IMG/VR virus record: IMGVR_UViG_2703719318_000005
DNA length: 64,000 nucleotides
Reading direction: 5' to 3' (one strand)
Source: an uncultured virus (IMG/VR IMGVR_UViG_2703719318_000005)
Lineage: Duplodnaviria > Heunggongvirae > Uroviricota > Caudoviricetes
A model generated the notes under the pieces. It saw nothing but the letters and a program-made list of their open reading frames with translations. It had not been told where the DNA came from and ran no database searches. Below are positions 38,391-49,338 of this stretch, one piece after another (positions within the stretch are counted from its first letter, which is position 1; each line of letters starts with the position of its first letter). The translations under genes were made by a program, and so were the position numbers.

Positions 38391-39806
38391 ATGAAAGACA
38401 AATTGTTAAAACTTATCAAAGAAAAAGAAGATATGAAGGATCAAAGAAAAAAAGAGTATGCAAAAGACGTTGAAAATGCAAAGGATTCTACGGAATTGAG
38501 GAGCTTATACACTCAGTATAATAAAGATATAAACTCTTTGGATTCCGAGATTGGTGAGTATAGGAATATGCTTGATGAAGTTGAAGCAGAAGAACAGAGA
38601 AATGCTGAACAGAATCAAGATGATCCTAATATCGCAAGTATGGAACCTAAAATAGGGGCAGAGGAAAGGGGTGCAAAACCACAAGGTTCTCTTAATCCTG
38701 TTGGAACATATCAAACCAATATAGATGAACCATTAGACCAAAGGTCACAGATTGAGACGTTGAGAACAAAATTTGAGCAAAGAGGGCAAGACTTAAAGGA
38801 CAAGAAAAAAGTAACTTTTGATATGAGAACAGAATTACCTATTGCACGTTCAATTACAGTTACTACTAATACTTTAGTAATCCCAAATCAATCTAGTAAT
38901 ACTTTAAATCAAACTTTTAATCAAGTTTCTTCAATAGTTGATTTAGTGCATGCAATTCCAATGCTAGGTGGAGAAACATATACAAAAGGATTTAAGAAAC
39001 CTATAACTGATGAAGCAGATTATACAGCAGAAGGTGGACAGTATAAAAACACAGATTCCGTATGGGACAAAGTAACAATATCTAAAACATATATAACAGA
39101 TTATACAGAAATCTCTAAACAGTCTATAAAGTTACCAAACATAGATTATCAGTCACAAGTTGGAACAGATTTAAGAAACACATTAAGAAGAAAACTTGCA
39201 AGAGAAATTCTTGTAGGAGATGGTACCGCTGGACATCTTGTTGGAATATTTAACGCACCTGACAATGTAGTACCTAAGTCAAGCGATTTAGAACTATCTA
39301 TAATAGATGCAGATACACTTGATAAAATTGTATTTAGCTATGGTGGAGACGAAGACGTAGAAGGTGCAGCATATTTAATATTAAGCAAAAAAGACTTAGC
39401 AGCCTTTGCAGCTATAAGAGGATCAAATGGAGATAAACTTTATAAAATAATAGTCAATGGTAATGTAGGAACAATAAGTTCAAATGATAGTTTTTCAGTT
39501 AATTATGTATTAAATAGTGTTTGTCCTTCACTAGTAACATCAAGTAGTGGAACATACTGCATGGCTTATGGAGTGTTACAAAATTATGAAATGCCAGTTT
39601 TCTCAGATATTGATGTAGAAATGTCTACAGATTATAAGTTTGGTGAAGGTATGGTTGCTTATTCTGGAGATGTATATGCTGGTGGTAATGTTGCAGCATA
39701 TAAAGGATTTTTAAGAATAAAAAAAGCTGAAACAGCAACTAATGCAACAACTAATGCAACAACTAATGCAACAACTAATACAACTAATACTAATACAACT
39801 AAATAA
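38391..39806 (+). CDS. HK97-type major capsid protein
   Basis: N-terminal delta-domain coiled coil, ILVGDG motif, position. Confidence 0.9.
   Translation: MKDKLLKLIKEKEDMKDQRKKEYAKDVENAKDSTELRSLYTQYNKDINSLDSEIGEYRNMLDEVEAEEQRNAEQNQDDPNIASMEPKIGAEERGAKPQGSLNPVGTYQTNIDEPLDQRSQIETLRTKFEQRGQDLKDKKKVTFDMRTELPIARSITVTTNTLVIPNQSSNTLNQTFNQVSSIVDLVHAIPMLGGETYTKGFKKPITDEADYTAEGGQYKNTDSVWDKVTISKTYITDYTEISKQSIKLPNIDYQSQVGTDLRNTLRRKLAREILVGDGTAGHLVGIFNAPDNVVPKSSDLELSIIDADTLDKIVFSYGGDEDVEGAAYLILSKKDLAAFAAIRGSNGDKLYKIIVNGNVGTISSNDSFSVNYVLNSVCPSLVTSSSGTYCMAYGVLQNYEMPVFSDIDVEMSTDYKFGEGMVAYSGDVYAGGNVAAYKGFLRIKKAETATNATTNATTNATTNTTNTNTTK
39736..39803 (+). repeat. 12-bp tandem repeat encoding a TTNA tail of the capsid protein
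   Basis: CAACTAATGCAA x3 plus degenerate CAACTAATA copies. Confidence 0.85.
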
Positions 39807-39824
39807 TGCATAGGTGGTGGGCTT

Positions 39825-40079
39825 ATGACGGATGATGAATTAGTAGTTGAATATAAAAAGGATGCAGGAATGCCTCTTACAATTTCTAATTTAGACAATC
39901 AAATTATAGGGAAAATAAAGACAGTTAAGGCTTATATAATCAATGCTGGTGTAAGTGATACTGCAATTGAAAGTGATTTAGCTACTGGCACTATTATTTT
40001 AGGTATAAACGATCTATTAAATAGTAGTACATTTAGTACATTATTTGAAACAATGCTCACTCAACTAGCAAATAGTTAG
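39825..40079 (+). CDS. Head-tail connector (gp6-like)
   Basis: Position and size. Confidence 0.7.
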   Translation: MTDDELVVEYKKDAGMPLTISNLDNQIIGKIKTVKAYIINAGVSDTAIESDLATGTIILGINDLLNSSTFSTLFETMLTQLANS

Positions 40080-40090
40080 GAGAGGTATTT

Positions 40091-40432
40091 ATGTTTAACT
40101 TCAATGGAGCAAAAAGCACACTTATAAGAATTAAAAAATCTGTTATTTCTCGTGATAAAAATGATAACGAAATAACAGATTTTGTAGATATAATTGATGA
40201 AGATATTCTCTGTGAATGGAAAAATAAATTTGGTAAAGAGCTGTATGAAGCAATAAAAATAAATGCCAAAGAACTTGCAAGAATAAGATTATGGTACATT
40301 CCGGGAATAGATGAAACATGTAAAATTGTAAGAACTGAAGACGAAGCAATATTTGAAATTATTAATATTGATGATGTTGAAAATAAGCATATAAAATTAG
40401 AAATTGAAATTAAAAGATATGTTACAGGGTAG
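40091..40432 (+). CDS. Head closure protein
   Basis: Position; IFEIINIDDVENKH motif. Confidence 0.75.
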   Translation: MFNFNGAKSTLIRIKKSVISRDKNDNEITDFVDIIDEDILCEWKNKFGKELYEAIKINAKELARIRLWYIPGIDETCKIVRTEDEAIFEIINIDDVENKHIKLEIEIKRYVTG

Positions 40433-40440
40433 GTGATTAG

Positions 40441-40872
40441 ATGGGCGTTGAAGCATCAGCAACAGACATAGGAGCATTAATTGATAGAGCTGAACAGCTT
40501 GGACTAAAAGTTAGTAGTTTGGAAAATGCCTCTTTACGTGCAGGGGCAGAAATACTCTTAAATGAAGCTAAAGAAAACTTGCAAAAGCCAACAATGCACC
40601 ATTTAGGAGCTAAAGAATTTGAAAAAAACAGTGTTGTAACTAAAAAACTCTTAGAAAGTATTGAAATCGGTAATCCAAAGAAGGATAAATTCAGGGGTGG
40701 GAAATATATAAAAGTTTTCACAAGCTATCCAACAGCACATTTAGTTGAATTTGGACACGCAGGTCCAGCACCAGCTCCACCACATCCATTTATGAGAACT
40801 GCTTATCAGAACAAAAAAGAAGAAGTTAAGAGAACTATAATTGAAGTTCTAAGGGCAGGAATAAAGTTATGA
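40441..40872 (+). CDS. HK97 gp10-like tail component
   Basis: AHLVEFGH..PPHPFMR. Confidence 0.85.
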   Translation: MGVEASATDIGALIDRAEQLGLKVSSLENASLRAGAEILLNEAKENLQKPTMHHLGAKEFEKNSVVTKKLLESIEIGNPKKDKFRGGKYIKVFTSYPTAHLVEFGHAGPAPAPPHPFMRTAYQNKKEEVKRTIIEVLRAGIKL

Positions 40873-41198
40873 TCGCATTAAGCGTTGTATTAGAACCAAC
40901 AGGAGTACCAGTAAGACATTTAAGCTATAGCGGTAAAGAAACAACATATATAACATACTCTTTTTACAATACACATGGAGGTGCTTATGCAGAAAATAGA
41001 GAAATAGCCACAGTTTATCATCTACAAGTGGATATTTGGACGAAGGATACATTTGAAGACTTAGCAGATCAAGTAAGAACGTTGATGATAGATGCTGGTT
41101 ATTATAGAAGAGATGAAAAAGAATTTTATGAAAGTGAAGTACAAATCAAACACTACATGTTTGATTTTGAATATGCAGAGAGTTCTCAAGAAAATTGA
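40869..41198 (+). CDS. Tail terminator
   Basis: LQVDIW motif, position. Confidence 0.7.
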   Translation: MIALSVVLEPTGVPVRHLSYSGKETTYITYSFYNTHGGAYAENREIATVYHLQVDIWTKDTFEDLADQVRTLMIDAGYYRRDEKEFYESEVQIKHYMFDFEYAESSQEN

Positions 41199-41241
41199 GG
41201 ACTCTTTTATTTTACAAAAAATTAGAAGGGAATGATAGATA

Positions 41242-42165
41242 ATGCCTAACATGGGTATAGAAAAATTATGTATATCAAAACAACTTACAGATACTGCAAC
41301 AAGTATGACATTTACTGTTCCGCAGTACTATGAATTTGTACAAGAATTAGGTATAAAGCCAAAAACCAACTCCGCCAGTGCATATGCAGAAAACCGAAAG
41401 GTTGACCAAGATGTAGAATTTGATTCAGCAGATATGTCCCTGAGCACATACCAACTAACAAATGCCCAAAGAGCTTTTATTTTAGGGCAAGATACAGACC
41501 AATATGGTGGGGCTATAGGTTCACAGGGTGATGAGGTTCCTTGGATTACATGTTTATATAAAGCAAAAATTAGAGTTGGAGGACAAAACTATTATAGATA
41601 TGGAGTTGTGTATAAGACGCAATTTCAAACTCCAGATGATGATTATAAAACACAAGAAGGTAAACCTGATTTTTCACAGGTGCCAAAACTGACAGGCTCA
41701 GCACAACCAACAGAATGGAGTTATAAAAATTCTAAAGGAATAACGAAACACCCTTGGGAATACCATCTTGATACATGTGATCCTAACTGCCCAAAGGATA
41801 TCGACGATTGGTGGTTTGATAGTGTTTATATACCTACTATTGCACCAATAAATAAAATAGCACTAGCATCTAGTGTACCAACCAATAATGATACAAGCAT
41901 ACCATTATCAGAAAAACCAACGTTAACATTTAACAATTTGATATCAGATTATAGCAACGTATTATTTTACAATGTTACAGATGGCGTAATAGTTGTTAGT
42001 ACTAAAACGTTGGATGTTACTGGTAAAATTCTAACAATTACACCTACTACGAGTTTAATAGCAGGGAAAACTTACAATATTATAGCTCAAGGTATAGTGG
42101 ATGTTTATGGACAGATACTAGATACTCAGTTAATTAAATTTACAACAGTAACATCAGCATCTTAA
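41242..42165 (+). CDS. Major tail protein with C-terminal Ig-like domain
   Basis: Position; PTLTFN...ILTITP..L..GKTY Ig-like tail. Confidence 0.8.
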   Translation: MPNMGIEKLCISKQLTDTATSMTFTVPQYYEFVQELGIKPKTNSASAYAENRKVDQDVEFDSADMSLSTYQLTNAQRAFILGQDTDQYGGAIGSQGDEVPWITCLYKAKIRVGGQNYYRYGVVYKTQFQTPDDDYKTQEGKPDFSQVPKLTGSAQPTEWSYKNSKGITKHPWEYHLDTCDPNCPKDIDDWWFDSVYIPTIAPINKIALASSVPTNNDTSIPLSEKPTLTFNNLISDYSNVLFYNVTDGVIVVSTKTLDVTGKILTITPTTSLIAGKTYNIIAQGIVDVYGQILDTQLIKFTTVTSAS

Positions 42166-42226
42166 AAGAGGACTTAATGTTCTCTTTTTTTACATAATAA
42201 AAAATTGAAAGGCAAAGGTGATATAA

Positions 42227-42559
42227 ATGAGTGAAATAAGCGATTTAAGACAAGAAGGAGTAAGAATAAATCTAGGTGGAAAAGAAAGAAATATATATTA
42301 TGATCTTAATGATTTATGTGATTTTCAAAAAAAATTTGGGAGCCTTCAAAAAGCACTTGAAGCAGGTGCTCAGCCAATGGGAGTAAGATACTTTTTATGG
42401 GTAGGATTAAAGCGTGAAAATGAAAAACTTACAGAAGAAAAAGCGGCAGAATTAGTAACATCTCCAAGGTATATAGAAATAAGAAATGTAATAGAAGAAG
42501 CTTTAGTTGGATCAATGCCAAAACAAAAAAACGAGGATGCCAAGGAAACCAACAAGTAG
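42227..42559 (+). CDS. Tail assembly chaperone (G)
   Basis: Between major tail and tape measure genes. Confidence 0.75.
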   Translation: MSEISDLRQEGVRINLGGKERNIYYDLNDLCDFQKKFGSLQKALEAGAQPMGVRYFLWVGLKRENEKLTEEKAAELVTSPRYIEIRNVIEEALVGSMPKQKNEDAKETNK

Positions 42560-42738
42560 ATGAAGGTTTTCCTTGGACACGTATGTTAATAATTGCAACT
42601 ACAAAATTAAACATTCCAGAAGAAAATTTTTGGAAAATGACAGCAAGAAAATTTTTTATGTTGTGGGAAGATTATCAGGAATTTAACGGCATGATAAGCG
42701 AAGAAGAAAAGGTTGTATACGCTAATGAGATATTTTAG
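42526..42738 (+). CDS. -1 frameshift extension of the tail chaperone (GT)
   Basis: Slippery A AAA AAC at 42526-42532; -1 frame open to 42738 (...EENFWKMTARKF...). Confidence 0.7.
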   Translation, partial: KKRGCQGNQQVDEGFPWTRMLIIATTKLNIPEENFWKMTARKFFMLWEDYQEFNGMISEEEKVVYANEIF

Positions 42739-42773
42739 TATTTCTTATTTTTGAAGAAAGGAGGTAAAAATAC

Positions 42774-45700
42774 ATGGCACAAGAAGATATAGCAGACTTA
42801 GCGATCAGACTTTCTATGGAAGATGCTAGTTTCACGCAAGGAGTACAGAATTTAAAACGTAATTTAGGAGTTATTGATGCAGGGTTCAAAGAATCTATTG
42901 CAGGACTTAAAGATTGGGGTAAAAATGTAGATGCTTTAAAAAACAACGCTTCAGCTCTTGGTGAAAAGATAGAAACACAGCAGAAAATAGTTAAAGAATA
43001 TCAAGAACAATTAAATAAAACCAAACAATCTCTTCAAGAAAGCAGTCAAAAAATGCTTGATTTAAAAGAGAGAGTTCAATCAGCCAAAACAGCTTGGGAA
43101 GAAAGTAAGCAAGAGTTAGGAGCAAATGCCGAAGCTACTCAAAAGCTTAAGAAAGATTATAGCGAATTAAACGCAGAATATGAAAAATCAGAACAAAAAG
43201 TAAGAAGCAATGCTAAATCTATGGATGGTTATAACATCCAATTAGATAAGCAACAGGCGAAATTGAAAGAAATGCAAGCTGAGCTTGCTACAACAAACAA
43301 ACATATTGCAGAACAAAGCTCTGTTTGGCTTGCAACTGGTAAACAACTAGAAACTGCATCTAAAAAAATGAAAACAGTTGGAGAAGGTTTCACTACTCTT
43401 GGAGCTACTATGAGTACTCATTTTACTGTGCCTATTGTAGCAGGTCTAGGACTAGCAACCAAGGCATCAGCCGATTTTGAACATGAAATGGCTGATATAC
43501 AAAAGGAAATAGCAGCCAAGGGTGAAGATGTAAAATCTGTTATGGGGGAAATGTCAAGCTTATCTTTAAAATGGTCCGAAGATTTTGGACAATCAACAGA
43601 AAATATAAATGAGAGTTTACTGACTTTGGTTAAAGATGGATATAGTGGTAGCGAATCCATGCAGATAATGGGCACTGCACTAAATACCGCAAGAGGTGCC
43701 AATGAAGACTTAGCAGCAATAGTTGATGGATTAGGCTCTAGCTTAGAAGCTTATAAGATGAAAACAGACAATGCAGCGGAAACAACTTCCAATATGGCTC
43801 ATTTAGCTGATACTTTTGCATATATAGCAAATCACACAAAAGCAAGCGTTATAAGTTTAAGTGAAGGATTTAGTACTGTTGGACCTACAGCAAGTGCATT
43901 ACATCAACCAATGGAAGAAGTAGCAGCATCATTAGGTGTATTACAATCAAACGGTATAGATGCAAGTACCGCAGCGACATCTCTTCAAGCTGGACTTGTA
44001 AACCTAACTAAGCCAACGAAAAAAATGAAAGAAGCACTAGACGAGATGAAATACAGTGCTTTTGATAGTCATGGTAAGATGAAAGAACTTACTACAATTA
44101 TAACTGAGATGAATTCAAAGATGGCAGGATGGACAGAGCAGCAGAAACAGGCTGCAATTGCTGCAATTTTTGGTAAGGAAAGTTTAGCTAGTTGGAATGT
44201 ATTAATGGGAAAAGGTGGAGACTACTTAAAAAATTTATCCACAAACGCCAATAATGCAACAGGTGAAGTCAAAAAATTATCTGATAGCATGAAAGATACA
44301 TCTAAAAACAACTTTAAGGAGCTTGAGGAGTCTGTACATGCACTAGGTGTAGCATTTGGAAAAGATGTTTTACCAGTAATAACACCATTAGTTAAGGACA
44401 TTACAGAAGATGTTAACGCATTCAGCAACTTAGATGATGCAACTAAGAAAAATATAATAGAAATTGGTGGACTAATAGCACTAGGTGGTCCACTTATAGC
44501 TTTTACAGGAAAAACTATAAAAGGTATTGGTAATATAACAGGAGGCTTAAGCAAACTCAGCGATTGGTTTGGTAAGAAGCTAGTTGAAAAGGGCATTAAG
44601 GATAATACAACTGCGCAGGACACCAATACTAAATCTGTAGCTACTAATACAGAAACACTTGTTACCAATACTAAAGCGGAAGCAGAGAATACAGCAGCTA
44701 CAGGACTAAATACAAAGGCTAAGGAAACCAATTCTAAAGCCAATGGAGATTATAAAAATACAATAGACGATTTGGGAAATACTGTCGAGAACTCTACTAA
44801 GAAAACAGGTACAGCAGCAGAAGAAGTAGAAAATCTAGGCAAAGCTACAGCAAGTACAGCAGAAAAAACAGGGGCAGCAGAAAAAACAGTTGGAAAACTA
44901 GCAAGTACAGCCGCAGAAACAGCAGGTAAGGCAGGAATTGCCGCAAGTGCAGTTGAAGGTTTAGGAAGTGTAGCGGGAGGAGCAGAAGCAGGACTTGCAA
45001 GTGCGGAAGGTGGTGCAGTGGCATTAGGTGGAGCAGTTGCAGGAATAGCAGCACCTATCGCAATTGGAGTTGGCGCAATAGCACTGGTAGGAGCAGCAGG
45101 TTATGAAATCCATAAAAAATTAACTGATAATACTATACCTACTATAGATTTGTTTGCCGACGATGTAGAAACTCAATCAACCAATATAACAAATTCTACA
45201 AATGATATGGCTACTGGTGTAGTAACCTCCGTTACTAAGATTTCAGATAGTACTAAACAAGCAGTAGGAGCATATGAAAAGCTAAATGACAGTGTTACAA
45301 AGACCGAAGAAGATATATATATAAACTCAGACAAATTCAGTACACAAACAAAGAATACAGTAATAAATAATTTTTCAGATATTGTCAACGCCAATACTGG
45401 TTTTGATGACGAAATAAAAGGCGATAGAATTAGGGCATTTTCTGAGATTGTAGAGGGCACTAATACTCTTACTACAGAAAATAAAGACACTATAGTTAAC
45501 CAATATAAAGATTTATTGCATCAAACAGATGGGCTGACTTTGCAACAAAAGGATACAATAATAAAGAATCTTAAGGATACTATGACTAATAGTGTTGGTA
45601 TAACAGCTAGTCAGGTGCAACAAATTAAATCTAAGTATGATGAAATGACCAATATGGTCAATAGTGCAACAGATAAGCGAGTAAGCCATGAAACAAGTGT

Positions 45701-48179
45701 TTTACAAGGATTGTTTTCTAAAAGTACTTCTATAACCGCAGATGAACAACAAGCAATTTTAAGTAATATAACTCGCTATGGAACTGCTCAAAAGGATGAA
45801 ACATCCGCATATGAACAGCAGATATTACAAATATATAGTAATGCTGCAAGCCAACATAGGAAAACTACTCAACAAGAAAATCAACAAATTGCTCAAATTA
45901 GAGATACCATGAACAAAAATGCAGTACAAACACTTTCCAAGAGCGAAGTTGACAGTAAAATAATCATGCAAAGACTTAAAGATTACAATAAAAATATGAC
46001 AGATCAACAGGCAAGTGATACTGTCCAAGCAGCAGAGAAGGCTCGACAAGGAGCTGTAAAGGCTGCAAATGATAAATATAATCAAACTATGGCAACAATA
46101 ATTCAAGAGAGAGATGGAACACATTCTATAACTGAAGACCAAGCAGATAAGATGATAAAAGAAGCCAAGAGGCAACGAGATGAATCAATTAACAAAGCAG
46201 ATGACATGAAAGAGGGCGTAATAAAGAAAGTACAGGCTCTTGATGGCGATGCTGTATGGAATATGGATACATCGACAGGAGAAATGCTAGGGGCTTATGA
46301 CAAACTTAAAAAGAATATAGGCGAAACATTTAATCAGCTAGGAAAAGATATTCAAGACATAATAGGTGGCATTAATTCATGGCTCGACAAACATCCTATC
46401 ATAGCTAAAATCGGCAAGTCTATTGGTGATTTAGCAACTGCTAACTGGGGAGGTCTTGCCGGAGATGTTAAAAGCTTATTAGGATTTGCTAAAGGAACAG
46501 AAAATGCACCTCAAGGATGGGCATGGGTAGGCGAAGAAGGACCTGAATTAATGTGGTTCCAAGGCGGAGAGCAAGTAATACCACATGGAGATAGTCAAAC
46601 TATAGTTCAGCAAATGCAAAAAACAGGCGGCTCCACACCTGCAATGACAGCAGATAGTGACAAACTCAAAACTACAGAAACTTATGGTGAAAATTTAAAC
46701 GTTAATTTCGGTAAAGGATTAACTAATTCAGTAGATTATGCTATAAATCCTTTGAATAATATGACTTCTAAATTAAACACCACTATGGACGTTACTGCAA
46801 ATAGGTATATAGGCTATGGAAAAAAGAATGTTCAGAACTTAGGCACAGGGATTAGTCAAAGCGCTAACGTTGCAACTACAGCCTTAGGAAATTTAACAGA
46901 TACCCTGAATACTAATATGGGTACATTCTCCATAAATGCAGTTAATTACGGTATGAATACAAGTAAAAGTGTTGGTGCCGGAATAACTAACAAATCACAA
47001 GAGGTTATAGGTGCACAGCAAGGTGTAACTAATACTCTAAACAGTAACCTAAGTAAATTCGCTACAGATGCAACAAGCTACGGAACGCACACAGACAGTT
47101 CTATACAGGTAGGATTGCAAAATAATTCTAATGCAATCTATACAACTGTAAGCAATATAACTTCTACAATCGGAATTCTACTACAAAGTTTTGCAAATGG
47201 ATGTAATATCTATGGAACAGAAGCAGTGAATTCTGTTAGTGCAGGTATTCAGCAATCAGAAAGCAATTTAACGAATATAGTAAAAGACTTAACAGATAAG
47301 GTTACAAATGCATTTAACGAAGGATTCGACGTACACAGCCCTTCTCGAAAGCTGTTTTGGACTGGTACTATGGTGGGACAAGGGCTTATGAATGGTATTC
47401 AATCTAAAAACCTTGGAGGATTTATAAAGAAATGGTTAGGCAATTTAACTGGCAATGTACAGGTTGCTGGAGGGAATATATCTTCCATACTTGCGGCTGC
47501 ATTGAATATAGATGGAGAGCCTTTAACATGGTTACCAGCTTTAGAAATGATAGCTTCTCGAGAAAGTGGAACTCCAGGAGTTTTAGGAACAGGAGATGCA
47601 AGCCTTGTAAATTCTATTGGTGTAGGAAATGAATTTGCGACCGGACTTATGCAAATGTTACCAAGCACATTTCAGTCATATATGAAAGCCGGATTTGGGA
47701 GCATAACAAATGGTTTGGACAATGCAGTTGCAGCAATTCGTTATATTGCCGATAGATACAAGACTCCGTTTGCAATTCCGAACTGGAACAATTCTTCTTA
47801 CATTGGTTACGCTACAGGAACAGATAACGCAAGCAAAGGTTGGAGACTCACTGGGGAAGAAGGTCCTGAGTGGGTATATTTTTCTGGCGGAGAAACAGTT
47901 TTAAACAACAAAAACACATCTAACATAATGGATAACTTTAAAGGTCTATTAAACGCAGTAAAAAACACAAAACTTTCAATACCAGATGTAAGCGGCACGC
48001 ACTATAACACTACTAATAATGTAACTAACAATAACTATAATACTCCAAGCGGTACCGGTGGAGATGTAAATATTAATCTATACAATCCTAACATATATGG
48101 ATATAAGGATGTTAAAAAGCTTATGAGAGATGCTTATAATATACAAGTCAACTACCAGCAAGGGAAAGGAGCATATTAA
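42774..48179 (+). CDS. Tape measure protein with lytic transglycosylase domain
   Basis: 1801 aa, TP901-type core, RESG...ATGLMQ SLT motif, two GEEGPE motifs. Confidence 0.93.
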   Translation: MAQEDIADLAIRLSMEDASFTQGVQNLKRNLGVIDAGFKESIAGLKDWGKNVDALKNNASALGEKIETQQKIVKEYQEQLNKTKQSLQESSQKMLDLKERVQSAKTAWEESKQELGANAEATQKLKKDYSELNAEYEKSEQKVRSNAKSMDGYNIQLDKQQAKLKEMQAELATTNKHIAEQSSVWLATGKQLETASKKMKTVGEGFTTLGATMSTHFTVPIVAGLGLATKASADFEHEMADIQKEIAAKGEDVKSVMGEMSSLSLKWSEDFGQSTENINESLLTLVKDGYSGSESMQIMGTALNTARGANEDLAAIVDGLGSSLEAYKMKTDNAAETTSNMAHLADTFAYIANHTKASVISLSEGFSTVGPTASALHQPMEEVAASLGVLQSNGIDASTAATSLQAGLVNLTKPTKKMKEALDEMKYSAFDSHGKMKELTTIITEMNSKMAGWTEQQKQAAIAAIFGKESLASWNVLMGKGGDYLKNLSTNANNATGEVKKLSDSMKDTSKNNFKELEESVHALGVAFGKDVLPVITPLVKDITEDVNAFSNLDDATKKNIIEIGGLIALGGPLIAFTGKTIKGIGNITGGLSKLSDWFGKKLVEKGIKDNTTAQDTNTKSVATNTETLVTNTKAEAENTAATGLNTKAKETNSKANGDYKNTIDDLGNTVENSTKKTGTAAEEVENLGKATASTAEKTGAAEKTVGKLASTAAETAGKAGIAASAVEGLGSVAGGAEAGLASAEGGAVALGGAVAGIAAPIAIGVGAIALVGAAGYEIHKKLTDNTIPTIDLFADDVETQSTNITNSTNDMATGVVTSVTKISDSTKQAVGAYEKLNDSVTKTEEDIYINSDKFSTQTKNTVINNFSDIVNANTGFDDEIKGDRIRAFSEIVEGTNTLTTENKDTIVNQYKDLLHQTDGLTLQQKDTIIKNLKDTMTNSVGITASQVQQIKSKYDEMTNMVNSATDKRVSHETSVLQGLFSKSTSITADEQQAILSNITRYGTAQKDETSAYEQQILQIYSNAASQHRKTTQQENQQIAQIRDTMNKNAVQTLSKSEVDSKIIMQRLKDYNKNMTDQQASDTVQAAEKARQGAVKAANDKYNQTMATIIQERDGTHSITEDQADKMIKEAKRQRDESINKADDMKEGVIKKVQALDGDAVWNMDTSTGEMLGAYDKLKKNIGETFNQLGKDIQDIIGGINSWLDKHPIIAKIGKSIGDLATANWGGLAGDVKSLLGFAKGTENAPQGWAWVGEEGPELMWFQGGEQVIPHGDSQTIVQQMQKTGGSTPAMTADSDKLKTTETYGENLNVNFGKGLTNSVDYAINPLNNMTSKLNTTMDVTANRYIGYGKKNVQNLGTGISQSANVATTALGNLTDTLNTNMGTFSINAVNYGMNTSKSVGAGITNKSQEVIGAQQGVTNTLNSNLSKFATDATSYGTHTDSSIQVGLQNNSNAIYTTVSNITSTIGILLQSFANGCNIYGTEAVNSVSAGIQQSESNLTNIVKDLTDKVTNAFNEGFDVHSPSRKLFWTGTMVGQGLMNGIQSKNLGGFIKKWLGNLTGNVQVAGGNISSILAAALNIDGEPLTWLPALEMIASRESGTPGVLGTGDASLVNSIGVGNEFATGLMQMLPSTFQSYMKAGFGSITNGLDNAVAAIRYIADRYKTPFAIPNWNNSSYIGYATGTDNASKGWRLTGEEGPEWVYFSGGETVLNNKNTSNIMDNFKGLLNAVKNTKLSIPDVSGTHYNTTNNVTNNNYNTPSGTGGDVNINLYNPNIYGYKDVKKLMRDAYNIQVNYQQGKGAY

Positions 48180-48904
48180 TGACACCTTATTTGATTTTTA
48201 AAGATATAAATTCTTTAGATATAAAAGAACTTTATATACAAACTTTCCCTTTACCGGAGCCAGGTATTGAGACAAGACAAGTTAGCAAAATACAAGTACC
48301 TGGGCGAAGTGGAAGCTTAAGACTAAGAGAGAGTGGTATTTACGGTGAAGATACCTTTGGAGATACAGAGGTTTCAATCACTATATTGTATAGAGGTAAC
48401 AATATAGATTTTATAAGCAGATGGTTACAAGGCGATGGAAAATTGATCTTAAGCAACCATACAGACCGTTACCTCAGAGCACATATAGACAATGCGATAC
48501 CTATAGAAAAACTATTAGTACACAATTTTAGAACTTTTACGGTTACTTTTACATGCTATCCATATGCTTTTTTAAGCTCTGGAGATGTGCCTTTAGAATG
48601 GACACCTACATCAAGCACTTGGAAAACAATAATTATGAATAAATACGATTTAAGCTTACCGAACTTAAAAATTTTTGGACAAGGCGATATAGGCATGAGA
48701 ATAAATGGAGTAGAAACAGATTTTTATTCTGTAGATCAATATATAGAATGTGATTCTGAATTACAACAATGCTACAAAGGAAGCCAAAATTTAGGCATGA
48801 ATATGAGTGGAGAATTTCCAGCATTAAGTCATGGCAAAAATGAGATTGAATTTACTGGCAACATTCAAAAGGTAATATTAATTCCAAGATGGAGAACTTT
48901 ATAG
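48179..48904 (+). CDS. Distal tail protein (Dit)
   Basis: VPGRSG, FTCYPY, FPAL..GKNEI, PRW. Confidence 0.85.
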   Translation: MTPYLIFKDINSLDIKELYIQTFPLPEPGIETRQVSKIQVPGRSGSLRLRESGIYGEDTFGDTEVSITILYRGNNIDFISRWLQGDGKLILSNHTDRYLRAHIDNAIPIEKLLVHNFRTFTVTFTCYPYAFLSSGDVPLEWTPTSSTWKTIIMNKYDLSLPNLKIFGQGDIGMRINGVETDFYSVDQYIECDSELQQCYKGSQNLGMNMSGEFPALSHGKNEIEFTGNIQKVILIPRWRTL

Positions 48905-48915
48905 GAGGAACGATA

Positions 48916-49323
48916 ATGAAAAATTTTAATATTATTCAGTTATACAATGTTATACAAAAGGAAAAGTCTAATGGTAGTGTAAAGTTTAGATATGGCCTTT
49001 TACGAAATGAGTCAATAATTAAAAGTTTAATTGAACCATTAATGGCAGTTCAATTAGAAATGCAAAAAATGTTAGAACCATATAAAAAGGACTTGAATAA
49101 TCTTGATAAAAATGATTCTGATTATATGATTAAAGTTAATCAATTAAAAGAGAAATATAAAGATACTATAAAGCTTTATGATGATAAATCTAAAGAATGG
49201 GAACAAATATTAAGTGAAGATGTAGATGCCACCAAGATATTTGAGATAAGTATAGATGATGTCCCACAAAATATACAAACTGAAAGTATGGAAATACTTT
49301 TATTCTGGGGAATTTTAAAATAA
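48916..49323 (+). CDS. Hypothetical phage protein
   Basis: AGGAGG RBS. Confidence 0.65.
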   Translation: MKNFNIIQLYNVIQKEKSNGSVKFRYGLLRNESIIKSLIEPLMAVQLEMQKMLEPYKKDLNNLDKNDSDYMIKVNQLKEKYKDTIKLYDDKSKEWEQILSEDVDATKIFEISIDDVPQNIQTESMEILLFWGILK

Positions 49324-49338
49324 GGGGGGGAATGGACC

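Noticed and set aside
44600..45100. Ala/Gly/Thr-rich repetitive DNA
   Set aside because: Explained by low-complexity tape-measure coding sequence
43418..47998. Many antisense and alternate-frame ORFs within the tape measure and other long genes
   Set aside because: Shadow ORFs with no RBS or recognisable motifs
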